Below are positions 45,030 to 57,700 of a DNA stretch of 64,000 nucleotides, piece after piece (the first letter of the stretch is position 1; each line of letters opens with the position of its first letter). The notes under the pieces were generated by a model. That model worked only from the letters and a program-made list of their open reading frames with translations, ran no database searches and was not told where the DNA came from. The translations under genes and the position numbers were made by a program. Source of the stretch: Hydrolagus colliei (taxonomy: Eukaryota); contig CM068743.1 in assembly GCA_035084275.1 (NCBI GenBank), positions 128,588,001 to 128,652,000 of the forward strand. Direction: 5' to 3'.

Positions 45030-46040
45030 TTGCACAAACTGAGTCATGATCCCATCCCCTCCCCCACCTTCCCTGCAGCTCCACCTCTTCTCCCCTCTAA
45101 TATCCAACACCATCAATCATCCTATCATCTGGCACTATCATCTATCCCCCTCAAAGCAGCTATGATCACCCACGCCTTGAAAAAACCTTCATTGGACATA
45201 TCCCTGCTTTCTAATTACCGGTCTATCTCCAACTTCACTTTTCTTTCCAAGGTCCTGAAAGAGTTGTTGCTTCCCAGCTTCGCTCCTTCCTCTCCTACCA
45301 CTCACTTCATGAGCCCCTCCAATCAGGTTTCTTGAAACCTCCAAACTGCTCCGGTCAAGATGACAAACAACATCCAGTCCATCTGTGCTCAGGGCTCCCT
45401 CTGCCTCCTCTGTTGCATTCAATACCGTGTACCACTCCATCCGCTTCCACCGCCTCTCCTCACCTCAACCTTCAAGGTTCTGCCTTTGAATGGTTCAGGT
45501 CTGATCTCTCACACCATCTTCAATTTGCCTCCGCCAACGGTTTCTCTTCCAGCCCTCGCATCATCTTGTGTGGTGTTCCTCAGGCCTCTGTCTTTGGTCC
45601 CTCCTCTTCAACCTCTACATGCCCCCCCTTGGTGACATCATCTACAGACATGGGGTCAACTTCCACATGTACGCGAATGAAACCAACTCTATCTCTCTGC
45701 CTCCACCCTCAATTCCAGGACAACTGACGCCCTAATGGACTGCCTGTCAGACATCAAGTCCTGGATGAGAGACACCTTTCTACAGCTGAATGTCAGCAAG
45801 ACTGAGGTCCTCTTGTTTGGCTCGCGCCAGCGCCTCCGCACCTTAGGCACTGGCAGTATCAGCATCCACGGATGCACATTCCACTTCACAAAGCCAATGA
45901 ACCTGAGCATTTTGTTCGATCCGTGCCTTCAGCCACCCTCCTACCTCACTACCCTCTCTCATCCTAACCCTTCCCCGTCCCCCACCCTTGGGTCCTCCTG
46001 ACATAGAAGGTGCTTTACAAATGTAATTTTGTTATTGTTT
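45030..46040 (+). mobile_element. Degenerate L2 RT fragment in the presumed GRB10 3' UTR
   Basis: LKKPSLD...[31 protein letters not shown]; internally deleted; L2 tail. Confidence 0.88.
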
Positions 46041-47719
46041 AACAATAAATAATACTTCCTCTCTTAAATGTTTGACCCCAAATTTAAATTACCCACAAAA
46101 CAGGAGGTTTGTTTGCTTGGTTATGGCCCTGTCGAAATTTGGCAACCTTGATCATTTGTTTGTTCATTCATAACTTCACTTCGTTGGTTCACAGCAGTAA
46201 AACATGCTTTTTAGTTTGCACATGTTCACTAACAAAAAATGTTTTGTTAGAATAATTTTTCACAGAAATATACTGAACCTATTTTTAAAGCAGGGTTGTT
46301 ATGACATTGTTTGTTGTAATACAGTTTTACAATATTATGTATCAGAGCACACTGGAATTTACATCTCAGCTTCCATATGCAATTGTGATGCAGTGCAATT
46401 GTTATAACAGCCCTGTTTTAAGTTGAGGGAATGTGTGAAGCAGAACCTTAGTTTACAAATGACATTTTCAGTTAGTATTTGTTTTTATAGATTTACCTTC
46501 AGAATTTGTCAGCATATTGAAGGTGAAACCCCATTGGAGTTTTAGAGCTTTGTATACACTATCTTTTATTACAAGTAATGGTTTTCATGTTTTTCTTTGT
46601 ACTTGTTACAAAATGGCTCTCTTTTTTAATAAAAGGAGTTGTTGCCTAATGTATCCCCCACACATACAAGCAAGCTTTTGAATTAATTAATTTAATTAAT
46701 TATACAGCCATTGCAGACCTGCAGGAATGGTAAAGTCTGAAACCTTGAGATATTTTAACATTAAGATATCACTGAATCCAAAAATCGATATTCTACAGGT
46801 GTTTTACTGAATATTTTTGTAACAGGGTTCCAGGTACCATATCTGTAATAGCATTTACCCAGATTTTTTAATCAGTATTGCATCTTTTTGCATATTTATG
46901 AATGTAAATTATATTAAATTGATAGAAAGAAGGTGTTTCAGATACCTTAACATGAGATGGTTTGAACGTTCATTAGTTACTCATCAATTAGTCATTCACT
47001 AGTACAGCAGATAAGATGCATACCATTAAATATATTCTCATTGCCAGCTTGCCTGAGTTCCTCTATTAAAATTCTGGCAGGGTCTTAAATTTTACTGGGT
47101 CCTACCAGGTTCAGCCGGCTGTCAATGCATAAGCCAATGACTGAATTATTTTATTTTATTTTTGTATTTAAGTGATATGAATGTACAGTAAAAGGGGACT
47201 CTCAGGGTTGATGAAGCCTGTTGATTTTTTTTTCTTGGCTTGTGGAAAAGAAAATTGCTTTTTATGTAGCATATCATGTTTGGCTTAAGAAGGAAATACC
47301 AAACATTTTTGATTATTAACATCTACATTGACTTAGATGTCCACAGTTAACAGTAAGCTAATTCACCACTCAAACTGAAAACAGGTAATGCTTCAGTTTG
47401 TATGTGACTGTTTTTCATTGTTTTCTGCACTAAGATGTAACTAACTATTTGACCAATCAATGCACCTTTTCCAGTGGTAGGACTTTGCTTATCACAAATT
47501 AAATTTGTCACAATGCAAAAACTGATTACTATGAAATGGAATAAAGCAAACCTTTTTCGGGGAATGCTGAAGGTATTAACTTTTTAAATGAAAAATCTGT
47601 ATTCATGATATGCTTTGCTTCTTAATGTAAATAGCAGTAAGGCTTGTGAACTTAATTGTAACCGTTCAGGTATTTTTGTATAAATAAGGGACTGATATAT
47701 TCTGTTTATTGTAATTAGA

Positions 47720-47725
47720 AATAAA
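47720..47725 (+). terminator. Candidate distal GRB10 poly(A) signal (3' UTR about 3.9 kb)
   Basis: AATAAA preceded by TGTA and U-rich elements; other AATAAA near 46044, 46628 and 47540. Confidence 0.45.
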
Positions 47726-49092
47726 CATTAATGCAAAGTTATTCATTTACAATAACTTAGTTCAGGTCTTATTAAGACTCTTCTTTATTCTCTGTTAACA
47801 ATCATTGTCTTCATTTTCCAATTGCCATTTGCTGGAGAATCACCAAATGGCAAGTCCAAATGGCAAGCCTATGGAAATGGAAATATGACGAGGATTACAT
47901 CCTCATCACTTTTAATGCACATCTTGCAGACTCTCGTTCCTCACCTCACCCGTTTAACAATTGCCTCTAACGAACTAAATCCTGTCCTATGTTGCAAAAT
48001 TAACAAAGTATAGCAAACTCCTGATAACACGTAACTCCAAAGGAAAATGGCTCAGTGATGAGTTATCCGGAATTGCACGTTAAGTACATGTACAAATACT
48101 ATAGAAATGTGGCCTATATTTACAGCATAAGTGATAGACTTAAGTGATAGTGACAAGCTAAGCCAATGTCAAGTTATCAGTTTACTGTATGTAAAATGTA
48201 TTGATATTCTTTTAAAAATGTTGATGAACACATTGTTGAAAATTGCATTCTGTCAATAACTAAAGACTGGTGTGAATCCTCCCTACATGCATACACACGG
48301 TTGGGTCCAGTGGGCACCAGCCTGCTTCACGTCTCTGCCCTACCCAGTCCCCAATAATTAGTTGGGCTTTCAGCCAATCTGCCATCGCTCTCTGTTACTG
48401 ACTTATTTCCTCTCACTTTGTTCAACCTCGAGACCCGCTTCTTTGATCGCATCTTTAATCTTCTTTCTCCTACCCACCCCACTTGACACTCACACTTAGT
48501 TCAGGTGCCAAGCCAGGTCTGTTCCACGCCTTGTGTTGGGATGTCCTCCGGAGGTGAAAAGTGCTACACAATGTAATGTTGTTGTTCTCCCGACATGAAA
48601 GGCACTATATAAATTAAATTTGTGTGCAATGTTTAATTCCAGCCATGCCACATAATTGACTTGTTAGTTTATAGGTATGGTGTTAGCAGATGCCAGCTTC
48701 GATCAAGATTTATAATAAAAAAAAGTTTAGACAGTAACTTAGTTCCAGCTATCCCATCTGGCTTCAAGTACAATCATTGTGTAAGGAGTGGATCGGTTGA
48801 TGTTATTATTCATTGACTGACTACATATTTTAACAAAATGTTGATTCACAAAGCACAGGTTGCATGTTCGCTCCTTTGTGATGCATCTAAATAATATTTT
48901 GTATGAAACATTTGTTTTGAGTTTCTTGTTGCACTGGGTAAACAAGAGAAAAGTTTGTAATCTGCTCAGGTGGGAGTTACAAAGATCTGATGGCACTATT
49001 CAAAAATAGAAGGGAGTTTTTCCCATTTGCCTGTCCAACAAACAAATAAAATTTGTTACTCACTGCATGGCATATTGTGGGATATAGTAGGA

Positions 49093-49435
49093 CTCCTGCA
49101 GCTCAGTGGTTGGACCACTCGCCTTGCAAGCGAGAGACCTGGGTTTGATTCCCAGCAGGGGGTGAAACCTTGGGCAAGTTTCCTTAAATTACATGCCTGA
49201 TAATAATCCCTCAAGAAAAAAAATTAGTCACTTCAGTGCATGACTGTTTCTGGGACACTGCTGTGTGCAATTGGCTGCTACGTTTTTCTCACAAATATAC
49301 GGTCAATTCACTTTTGGCACTTTGGGAAGTCCTCCCAATGTAATTTTGTTGTTTACAGTATATTCTGTGCAGCACTTTTGAGACGTCTGGAAGAAGTGAA
49401 AAGTGCTGCATCAAATGCAAGGATTATTATTATTG
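49093..49435 (+). mobile_element. tRNA-derived SINE
   Basis: gctcagtggttggaccactcgccttgcaagcgagagacctgggtttgattccc head; core and tail; short L2-tail insert near 49315-49352. Confidence 0.87.
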
Positions 49436-50765
49436 CAGTGCCCACATTGCCTGCTGTGTTGTCAACAAACTACAGTCACTACACTTTACATTCTGTGAAG
49501 TACTTTGAGACATGCTTATGTAAAATAACAACAATGTGAAAGGCACCTTAGTAAAAGTAAAGATTGTTATGTTATGTTTTTAAACAAACGCTGTAGGCCA
49601 AGACCTTGTGACGTTATGCAATTCTGCTCCAGTGATAAAACAGGTAGCATAGGTTGTAGCACCATTTCTCTGAAGCATAACTTCATTATCTGACAGGAAC
49701 TTTTATATAAAACGGTTTCAGCAATGTTGAAAAAGATGTTAATCCACAGAACACACTATATGGACAGCTTTATGGAGAACCTTAGATTATTTCAGCCTTG
49801 CCTGGACGGGTGATTGGACCACTGGAATCTGAACCCAGAATATTGAGTAAGTGCTCAACCAACTGATCCAAACTGCCTGAGCTGATTGACTAAACACAAT
49901 ATACTTGATAAAACGGTAAAATGTCTTGAAACGCTATACAATAAATTCTGCAACTATTTATGGGTTCTTTGTGGGTTATTCCAACTAAATAGACAGATGA
50001 GATTTTTTTCAAGTCTCATTTGAAGGGCAGCACCTTTGACAACAGTGCACTTCTCAAACTGCATTGGAGCATGAGCTCAAAAGTCCATAACAGGCCTTCA
50101 ACTGGCAACCTTTTGATCCAAAGAGAAAAGTGCTATCAATTGAACCAAGCTTTTGCTTTCCATGTTTCTGATACTGATGAATGAGGACATAGTAATAAGT
50201 GTACAATGCCTTGTTCCTAAAGTATTTCTTCTTGTGAAGATGGATCGTGATGAGAGTGCTGGGTGATGGAGAACCTTGCATTCCCAAGTCAGATTGATCG
50301 AGCTTCCTCTATTGAGATCATAGCTGGGCACCAATGAGCAGAGCGGTGTTAGATTCCCAAAGACCTGAGATTAAGCCCAGTTCAGAAACCTTCCTTTCCC
50401 CTCAGCATCCTTTACCAGCCTTGGAGTGGTGCCCTGCAATAAACATAATAATAATCCTTGCATTTGATATATCGCTTTTCAACTCGAGCCTTCTTCCAGA
50501 AGGAAAGCATAATGATAGTTTAGGTGCCTAAGAGGTTTAAAAGGTGTTGGTCTGGAGAGAAGCAGCTTCGTGGCCAGGGCTCATTGCTGGTCATCAGTGC
50601 CTAGATCAGAAGAGTGTACTTTTTGTTCTTATAAAGTGTGTGTGTATATGACTGGAATAATAGTCACCAAACCTATAAATATTTGCTGAGCATGAGTATA
50701 AAGACCAAATCTTCCTGGCTAAGCAAGATCTGATTCAAAATCTTGTATTCTGCACATCCAAAATA

Positions 50766-51162
50766 CAGTAAAAGCTTGCTTATCTGGCACCCAACCAACT
50801 GGAACGCTCAACCAACCGGTATCTCCCACTACAATTCACCATTCCAGCAAATGGATCTCATAGCGGAGCCATCCGGCACACTCGCGGTATGCTCACTTTG
50901 TGCCTGCGTGTGCACTTATTAAACTTACCCAACGCTGTAACTTTTATTTTACTGATCATTTAACCGAGTGTGCTGGAATGCTTTATTGGTAAGTATCCAT
51001 ACAATATTCTGTTATTATTTAGTTTATTATTAATATGGTATGTTTTAAAATAAATTAATATTTTGTGTAGGATTTGGGGAACTTGCCGCTCGAATATCCA
51101 GCATATTTGATTAACCGGCACCGGGCAGATCCCGAGGGTGCCGGATAACAAAGCTTTTACTG
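50766..51162. mobile_element. Tc1/pogo MITE
   Basis: TA|CAGTAAAAGCTT...AAGCTTTTACTG|TA. Confidence 0.85.
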
Positions 51163-51378
51163 TAATAATATTAATAAGTGTCCAAAGCATTTGGTCCATT
51201 TTGCATGTGATTCAACTTTTGTTTTCTGTAACTGCATTCTGTGTATTCTGTCAATGACTGTTGTGTTCACCTACAATACAAACAGTAAATCCCAGACATT
51301 GCCGTGTGATAAGGTGCTGTATTATTGCAAAGATCATTACAGTCGATATTTTGTTCACCAACTATGGTTGGTATCATC

Positions 51379-51384
51379 TTTATT
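51379..51384 (-). terminator. Candidate DDC poly(A) signal
   Basis: TTTATT on + (AATAAA on -), about 200 nt after the stop. Confidence 0.45.
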
Positions 51385-51579
51385 CTCAACAGCTTATTAC
51401 AGTACATTACTAATAACAGCAACTTTTATATTTCACCCTATATAGTTTACCTGGTTTCATCATTTTCTACACTGTCCTCTGCTCCAGAAAACTAGCTGAA
51501 AAAAACAGTAAATGATGGGACTGATTAAGGATAACATTTTAAAGTAAAACACAGGCAAATCTCATTACATATAGCACAT

Positions 51580-51780
51580 CTACTGGTAGCCTTCATCAAG
51601 CAGCTCCGTAGCAACCTTCTGTATAATCTGCCAGGCATAATGAATATGTCTGCATTCAGTTGTAGCTGCACATACAGCAAATCGAAGCACAAACTTGTCT
51701 TGAAGATTGCATGGCACCATGTGGATCTTTCTCCCTGCGTTGATTCTTTTAATGAGCATTTCATTCAGATCATTTGACCC
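51580..51780 (-). CDS. DDC: DDC last coding exon ([24 protein letters not shown]...FVLRFAVCA...LLDEGYQ*)
   Basis: aacag acceptor; 67 codons ending in TAG. Confidence 0.95.
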   Translation of the reverse strand, partial: GSNDLNEMLIKRINAGRKIHMVPCNLQDKFVLRFAVCAATTECRHIHYAWQIIQKVATELLDEGYQ

Positions 51781-54700
51781 CTGTTTTTTTCAAAAAAATA
51801 GGTAAATATCACTGATTTTGCACAACATATCTTTCACTTGCATAATTCATAGCAACCTTTGCAAACAGCAAAACAAAAACTATTTGTTTAGAGTGAAAAC
51901 ATACCCTTTAGTAACAAGTTTGTATGCTTTGGCTTTCTTGGCCCATGCACTATTTCCCACCTAAAAGTGCAAATGTATGATCTACTCAACACCTTCCCAG
52001 TACAGATAAAACTCAGGAACTGCATATCAGGTATAAACTTGTATAAACAACTTGATAAATGTGGCTCATGAGCTGCATCCGCCCCCCACCCCCACTCCTT
52101 CCGTTTGATCTGGCCCAGTTGCTCCCTCCATAACTTGCAAATATTATGTTTCTAGAAGGGAACACAAAAATGTTGCTTATGCAACCCACGGACATTTTTC
52201 AAATGAAGCATTCAGCCGCCAAAAGGTTGGACAGCCCTGGTCTACATTATGTTAGCAACTTGGGACATCCTCCCGACATGAAGGCGCTCTATAAATGTAA
52301 TTTTGTTTCTTGCAAACAATCTTTAATGAAATACAGGTAGACCCCGCTTAACGTTGCCTCGGTTAACGTATTTTCGTTATTACGTTACCGATACATAGGG
52401 AACATATATTCATTTAATGTTGCGACATTTGCTAGTACGTAGTTCGCCAGTGGGTGGAAAGGGGGCTCAACGGCACTAGGACCTGGGAGTGAGCCAGGCC
52501 GGCAGCAAGTGAATGAGGCGGGCAGACAGTCGGGGAACGATTATAATTTTTTTTTAGAAAAATTTACGAAAAATGTCCAAAGGAACCTAACTCCAGGTTT
52601 TACATTTATTCCTTTGGAAACATGTATTCGCTTAACGTCGTTTCGCTTAAAGTCGCACTTTGCAAGAACCAAACTATATACGCCTTCATTACATCCCAGC
52701 TCAACTATGCAAATGCCCTGCTGGTCGGCCTTCCCAATTCCTCCCTCCACAGGCTGCAGATAATCCAGAACTCTGTGGCCTGTATCCTCTACCATTCCAA
52801 ACTCCATGACTCCATCTCCCCCATCCTTGCCCGACTCCATTGGCTCCCCATCATCCAGAGGATCCAATTCAAGATCCTAGTCCTCACATTTAAAGCCCTC
52901 CATAACCTCGCCCCAACCTACATCCGTGACCTCCTATCCCCTTACCAACCTGCCCGCCCCTCCGTTCAGCAGGCTCTGGCCTGTTCCACATCGCCCGACC
53001 CACCCACCCAATCAAGTCCCTCCACCTCGCCCCCTCCCTGGCCTCCTTCAAGTCTCGCCTCAAGACTCCTCTTCGATGGACCCATCAGCAAATCCTTTCC
53101 CCCCATCCTCAGCTCGAGTCTGAAGCAGTATCACAATCCACAAAATCCAGCTTATCCAAAACTCTGCCGCCCGCATACTCACCCGCTCTAAGCTTCGCTC
53201 CCCCATTACCCCAGGCCTTGCCAGACTTCACTGGCTCCCTGTCCCAGAGAGGATCAACTTCAAGATCCTCACCCTTGTTTTCAAATCCCTCCACTCCTCT
53301 GCACCCCCCTATCTCTCTGATCTCCTCTCCCCCCAACCCAGCACCCGCTGCCTTCTCTCCTCTGGGTCTGGCCTCCTCCATGTCCCCCGAGTCCTCCGCT
53401 CCACCCTCGGCGGCCGTGCCTTTAGCCACTACGCCCTGAGGCTCTGGAACTCCCTTCCTCACTCGCTTCGCCTCGCCCCCTCTCTTCCCAGTTTCAGGTC
53501 ACAGTTGAAGACCTTTCTCTTCGCCCGAGCTTTTGGTCACCTTCCTGCCCCTGCTCCTGGCTCGGTCCCGGGATCCGCTACTGTGAAGCGCTGTGAGATG
53601 CCGTCTGGCGTGGAGGGCGCTATATAAATCGAAGTAGTTGTTGTTGTTATCTGACCAGCGCCTTGGGACGTCCTCCTGACGTGAAAGGTGCTATACAAAT
53701 GTAATGTTGTTGTTGTTGATAAACGGGGTCTACCTGTAAACAAATTAATTGGAACTCATAATTAATTGCCTTAATTATGAGGCACCCTCTTATAACATTG
53801 GTGCCTTTGGACTAGTGATTGCAGCTCATTATAAGGAACTTAACAATAGTTTAATAAAACATGAACAGTGTACAAAGTACATGTTTACATTGATTCCTTC
53901 AACAAAGCTGGATAAAATAACTGGTGTACAGTGGATGGCACAAAATAAGGACAAGTATGTATGGAAATAATCCAAACCATAATTGAACAAGGTGCTTTAT
54001 GGTGCGGTTGGAACCATTGTGTCTGTGAAACAACTAGGCTAGGCTTGAATAATGGACTTCATAGGCTGATGTGAGGTTATTTTAAAATTTATGTGGAGTC
54101 TGCAGCACAGAAACGATTTATTTGGCGCAACCATTCTGTCATTGTTCACACCCATGAGTCTGTCTCCCAACACCCTTCGATTCCTATCTCCCCCATGTGT
54201 ATCTATCTAGCCTTCTCTTAAATGCATTTACCCCATGGTACAGTAGGAACAGGTTATTTATGGTAGGGAGGGTGTATTCTTGTTTCTAATTTTTTTTTAA
54301 AAAAACTTGTTTGGCAAGAAATATAGAAATATACGCCACAAAAGGAGGCCATTCAGTCCATTGTGTCTGTGCCTGCAACCTTTGGAAATAGCAAAGAGTG
54401 GGGCTAGAGTGGAATATAAGGTAATTTTGCTAATACAGTACATAGATTCCTAGAAACCAGACTAAATCCTTCAAAATCTTGTGTTATTCATTTAGCATTC
54501 AAATGCAGATAGATATTCATTTTCATGAATTTGAGATCAGTTGAAGAATTCTTTCTTTCACCAGCTCTGTTGTTGAGGAGTAGCGTTGGAAAGCCTCTGT
54601 CATATGTACCTTTAATCTGAAGCACACCAGTCCCAATACGACATCAGCCATAATCTCAAACCTTTCGTCCTGAAGCAGTAAGCATTCGAACTGATGTGCA

Positions 54701-57700
54701 AGATTCACTTGCTGCAAAAAAGAAGGGATATTTACTATGTTTCGATAAGTGACTTTTTCAGCTAGAATAAATGACTGAGCCTTACTTAGCACAATGCACC
54801 TGAAGATTTCAGCGTTCTATTCTTGCTCCATATTGTGGAGATTGAGGGTTAAATGCATCTGAAAAAGGATACTCAAACAGAACCTTAACCTATATCCCAT
54901 ACAGCAGCACTGAAATATTGAATAGTAGATACAGTCTTGCTCTGAACTTTACCTTGCGAATATGTTCTTGAAGACCTTTTATTCCAAACAATCGGAACAC
55001 AAACCACATTTTCAGAGAGCGGAATCTACGTCCCAGTGGTATCCCCCAGTGCTGGATGTGAAGAAAATTAGTTAAATGCCATCGAGCAGTGCAACACTGT
55101 AATGCCAAAGCAGTTGATTTACTGATTTACTAAGTTTACTGCATTCCTCTGAGATAAGCAGTTTCTCTAATTATAATAATACATTCATTTGATATAGCAC
55201 CTTATGTATTCTAGATGTCTCAAAGGGTTTCACAGAATGTACTGTAAAGTTAATTGATTGTATATTTTGTGGGCGAAACATAGCAGCCAATTGCACACAG
55301 CAGTAGTACCCAACAAACAGTCGTGGATTGAACGACCACATTTTAAAAAAATTAACAAATTATTACCTCCTGAAAGGGGATCGACTAACAACCAGGTTCC
55401 TACTCATTGTTAGGTAAACAGAGGCATGTGAAGTAAGGAAACTTTCTCACTGGTTCGCCTTGCCAGGAATTGAACCCGGGTCTTTCGCTTTGCAAGGCAA
55501 GTGCTCGAACCACTGAGGTATAGGACCCCACAGAAAAATACAGAGCAGCTTTTAGCATAAATCTTGAATTTGACCCAAATGTTGGGTGTACAGAAATACA
55601 ATGGGACTGTTATGGAAGACTTTGTAGTAGATAAGATTCAATGCTGATTAATCCACTTTCACTGTTCATATTCAGATCTCTTTCGTGCAGTTACCGTATT
55701 ACACAATATGTCCTGGAGTCTGATGGAAATCTTTTACGGGACTTCATAGACTGGGTGATATTAAAGCACAAATGACTCAAGTGACATAGGCTCATATATG
55801 AAGAACGGTAAACTGGATGAGGCCCTACTAGCAAAGCCTTTTGGATGAACTATATTAAATATATATTAAAAACTATATTTAAAAATATATGCAATGCATT
55901 TATAATGAAACTACTTCACATTTAAATGTAGCAGGACACTCACCCTATAATCAGTGACAAGTCCTGAAAACATAAAAGAATTGGCTCATTTAAGTAATAT
56001 TGTAGTTTAGCTACTACTAATGCTATCAAAGCTTAATTTACAGAGCACTGAATAGCACAATGTGGATTTTATAGATTCCAGTTCAACTTCAAAACTTATT
56101 TTAAGACACAAATAGTTTAAATGCATTTCAAAGCCTAACACCTCTGTAGGTTTTGATTAGGCAGCATAACAAAGAAACTCATGAAGCAAGTACAAGTCAA
56201 CAACAACAACTTGCACATGTGTCCCTTTTAGTTTCACTTAGATATCTTTACACTGCTTGTATTTATCACATCCTAACTTGTAAGACATTTCCCTACCCTC
56301 CATTACTCCAGCACTTAGCAGCTGCAAGAATCCAGGAAAATATCCTGACCCGTTGACCACGTGCACACTTACTGGCTGCACTGAATTACACATGCGCGGT
56401 GTAGAATATTAATTAAATCGGATATTCTACGATTTATATACAGTGGTTTGCTTGCAACTCAGACTATGTGTTCAAGTCATACGTGTTACGGTCCCAACTG
56501 ACATGATTTGTATGAATTTTACTGGACCATCATTTGACTCCTTCACAGTCTGCTCCACCTCCGAAAGCACATTGTCCAGTGGCATTGTTGATTTTTTAAA
56601 AATTAGTTTTGAATGTTAATTCTAGCTCACATGCTTGGTCAGTTCTAAATGCATTTATTATTGTCAGCAAGCCTCTTTATGTGTCCCCTTACCAAAAGTC
56701 TTCTGACAATCCATGTGCACCACACCCACTGCATTAACTTCATCTATTCTCTTTGCAGAACACCATTAGATTTGTTAAGCAACATCTGCCTTTAACAAAT
56801 ACTCATTGACAGTCTTTAATCAATCAATGTCTTTCTAAATGATTGTTAATACTCTTATCTCGTACTTTGGTCCCTAAAAGTTTACCCACTATGGCTGACT
56901 GGTTTCTAGTTACTTGGCTTATTACATTTTCTCTTTTGTGTTGTCACTGAATCAGTAATGATAATCGAACGCAAAGCGATGTTCAATGACCTACCCTTTC
57001 AAAATAAATTGCACTAATGGCAAGCGTTTATCTGTGACCAGTATAATTATACATGCCATTTGATAGCTTTAAACAGCTGCTAGAAATTAGGATTTTAGTG
57101 ACGTGAGATGCTTTGTGTACAAAGAATAAAAATCAATTCTACCAAATGTAAACAATAAAATAATTGATCTGAAAAATACCAGATTCCTGATGCTCGTGTT
57201 TAAGGTAAAGCGGATCCACTTTAAAGGCACCAGCTATCTCTGATCTGCTCTTCACCCTAAATATAATGAAAACATATTTGACTCGGTTTACAATTCACAG
57301 TTTATGCTGCACAAAAATCAGTTTCATTATAAATCTGCCTTGCAGTTCATCGTTTTTGAACAATCTCGGCACAATTCTCACCATATTCCCAACCCAAACG
57401 TTGGAATTGACAACTTGAACATTTCACCTGTAACACTACACAATATCAAAGATACTTGTTCATGCACTGCGTGAAATTAGGATAAATCGGTGACACCGAA
57501 TTCTTGGTAATTCTGCAAATTATTGGCCAAACAGTAAAATAGTTTTTGCTGTTTCCTAACAGTAGGAACTTTATCAGTGCCTGTATTAGTAGTAAAGGTG
57601 CATTGTTTTTCGGGCATTGAACCAGTTGAACTATGTATTTACAATTGTGTCTGGAAACAGGTTTACCTAAGCTAAAGCATTCAGGACATTATAAGAAAGT

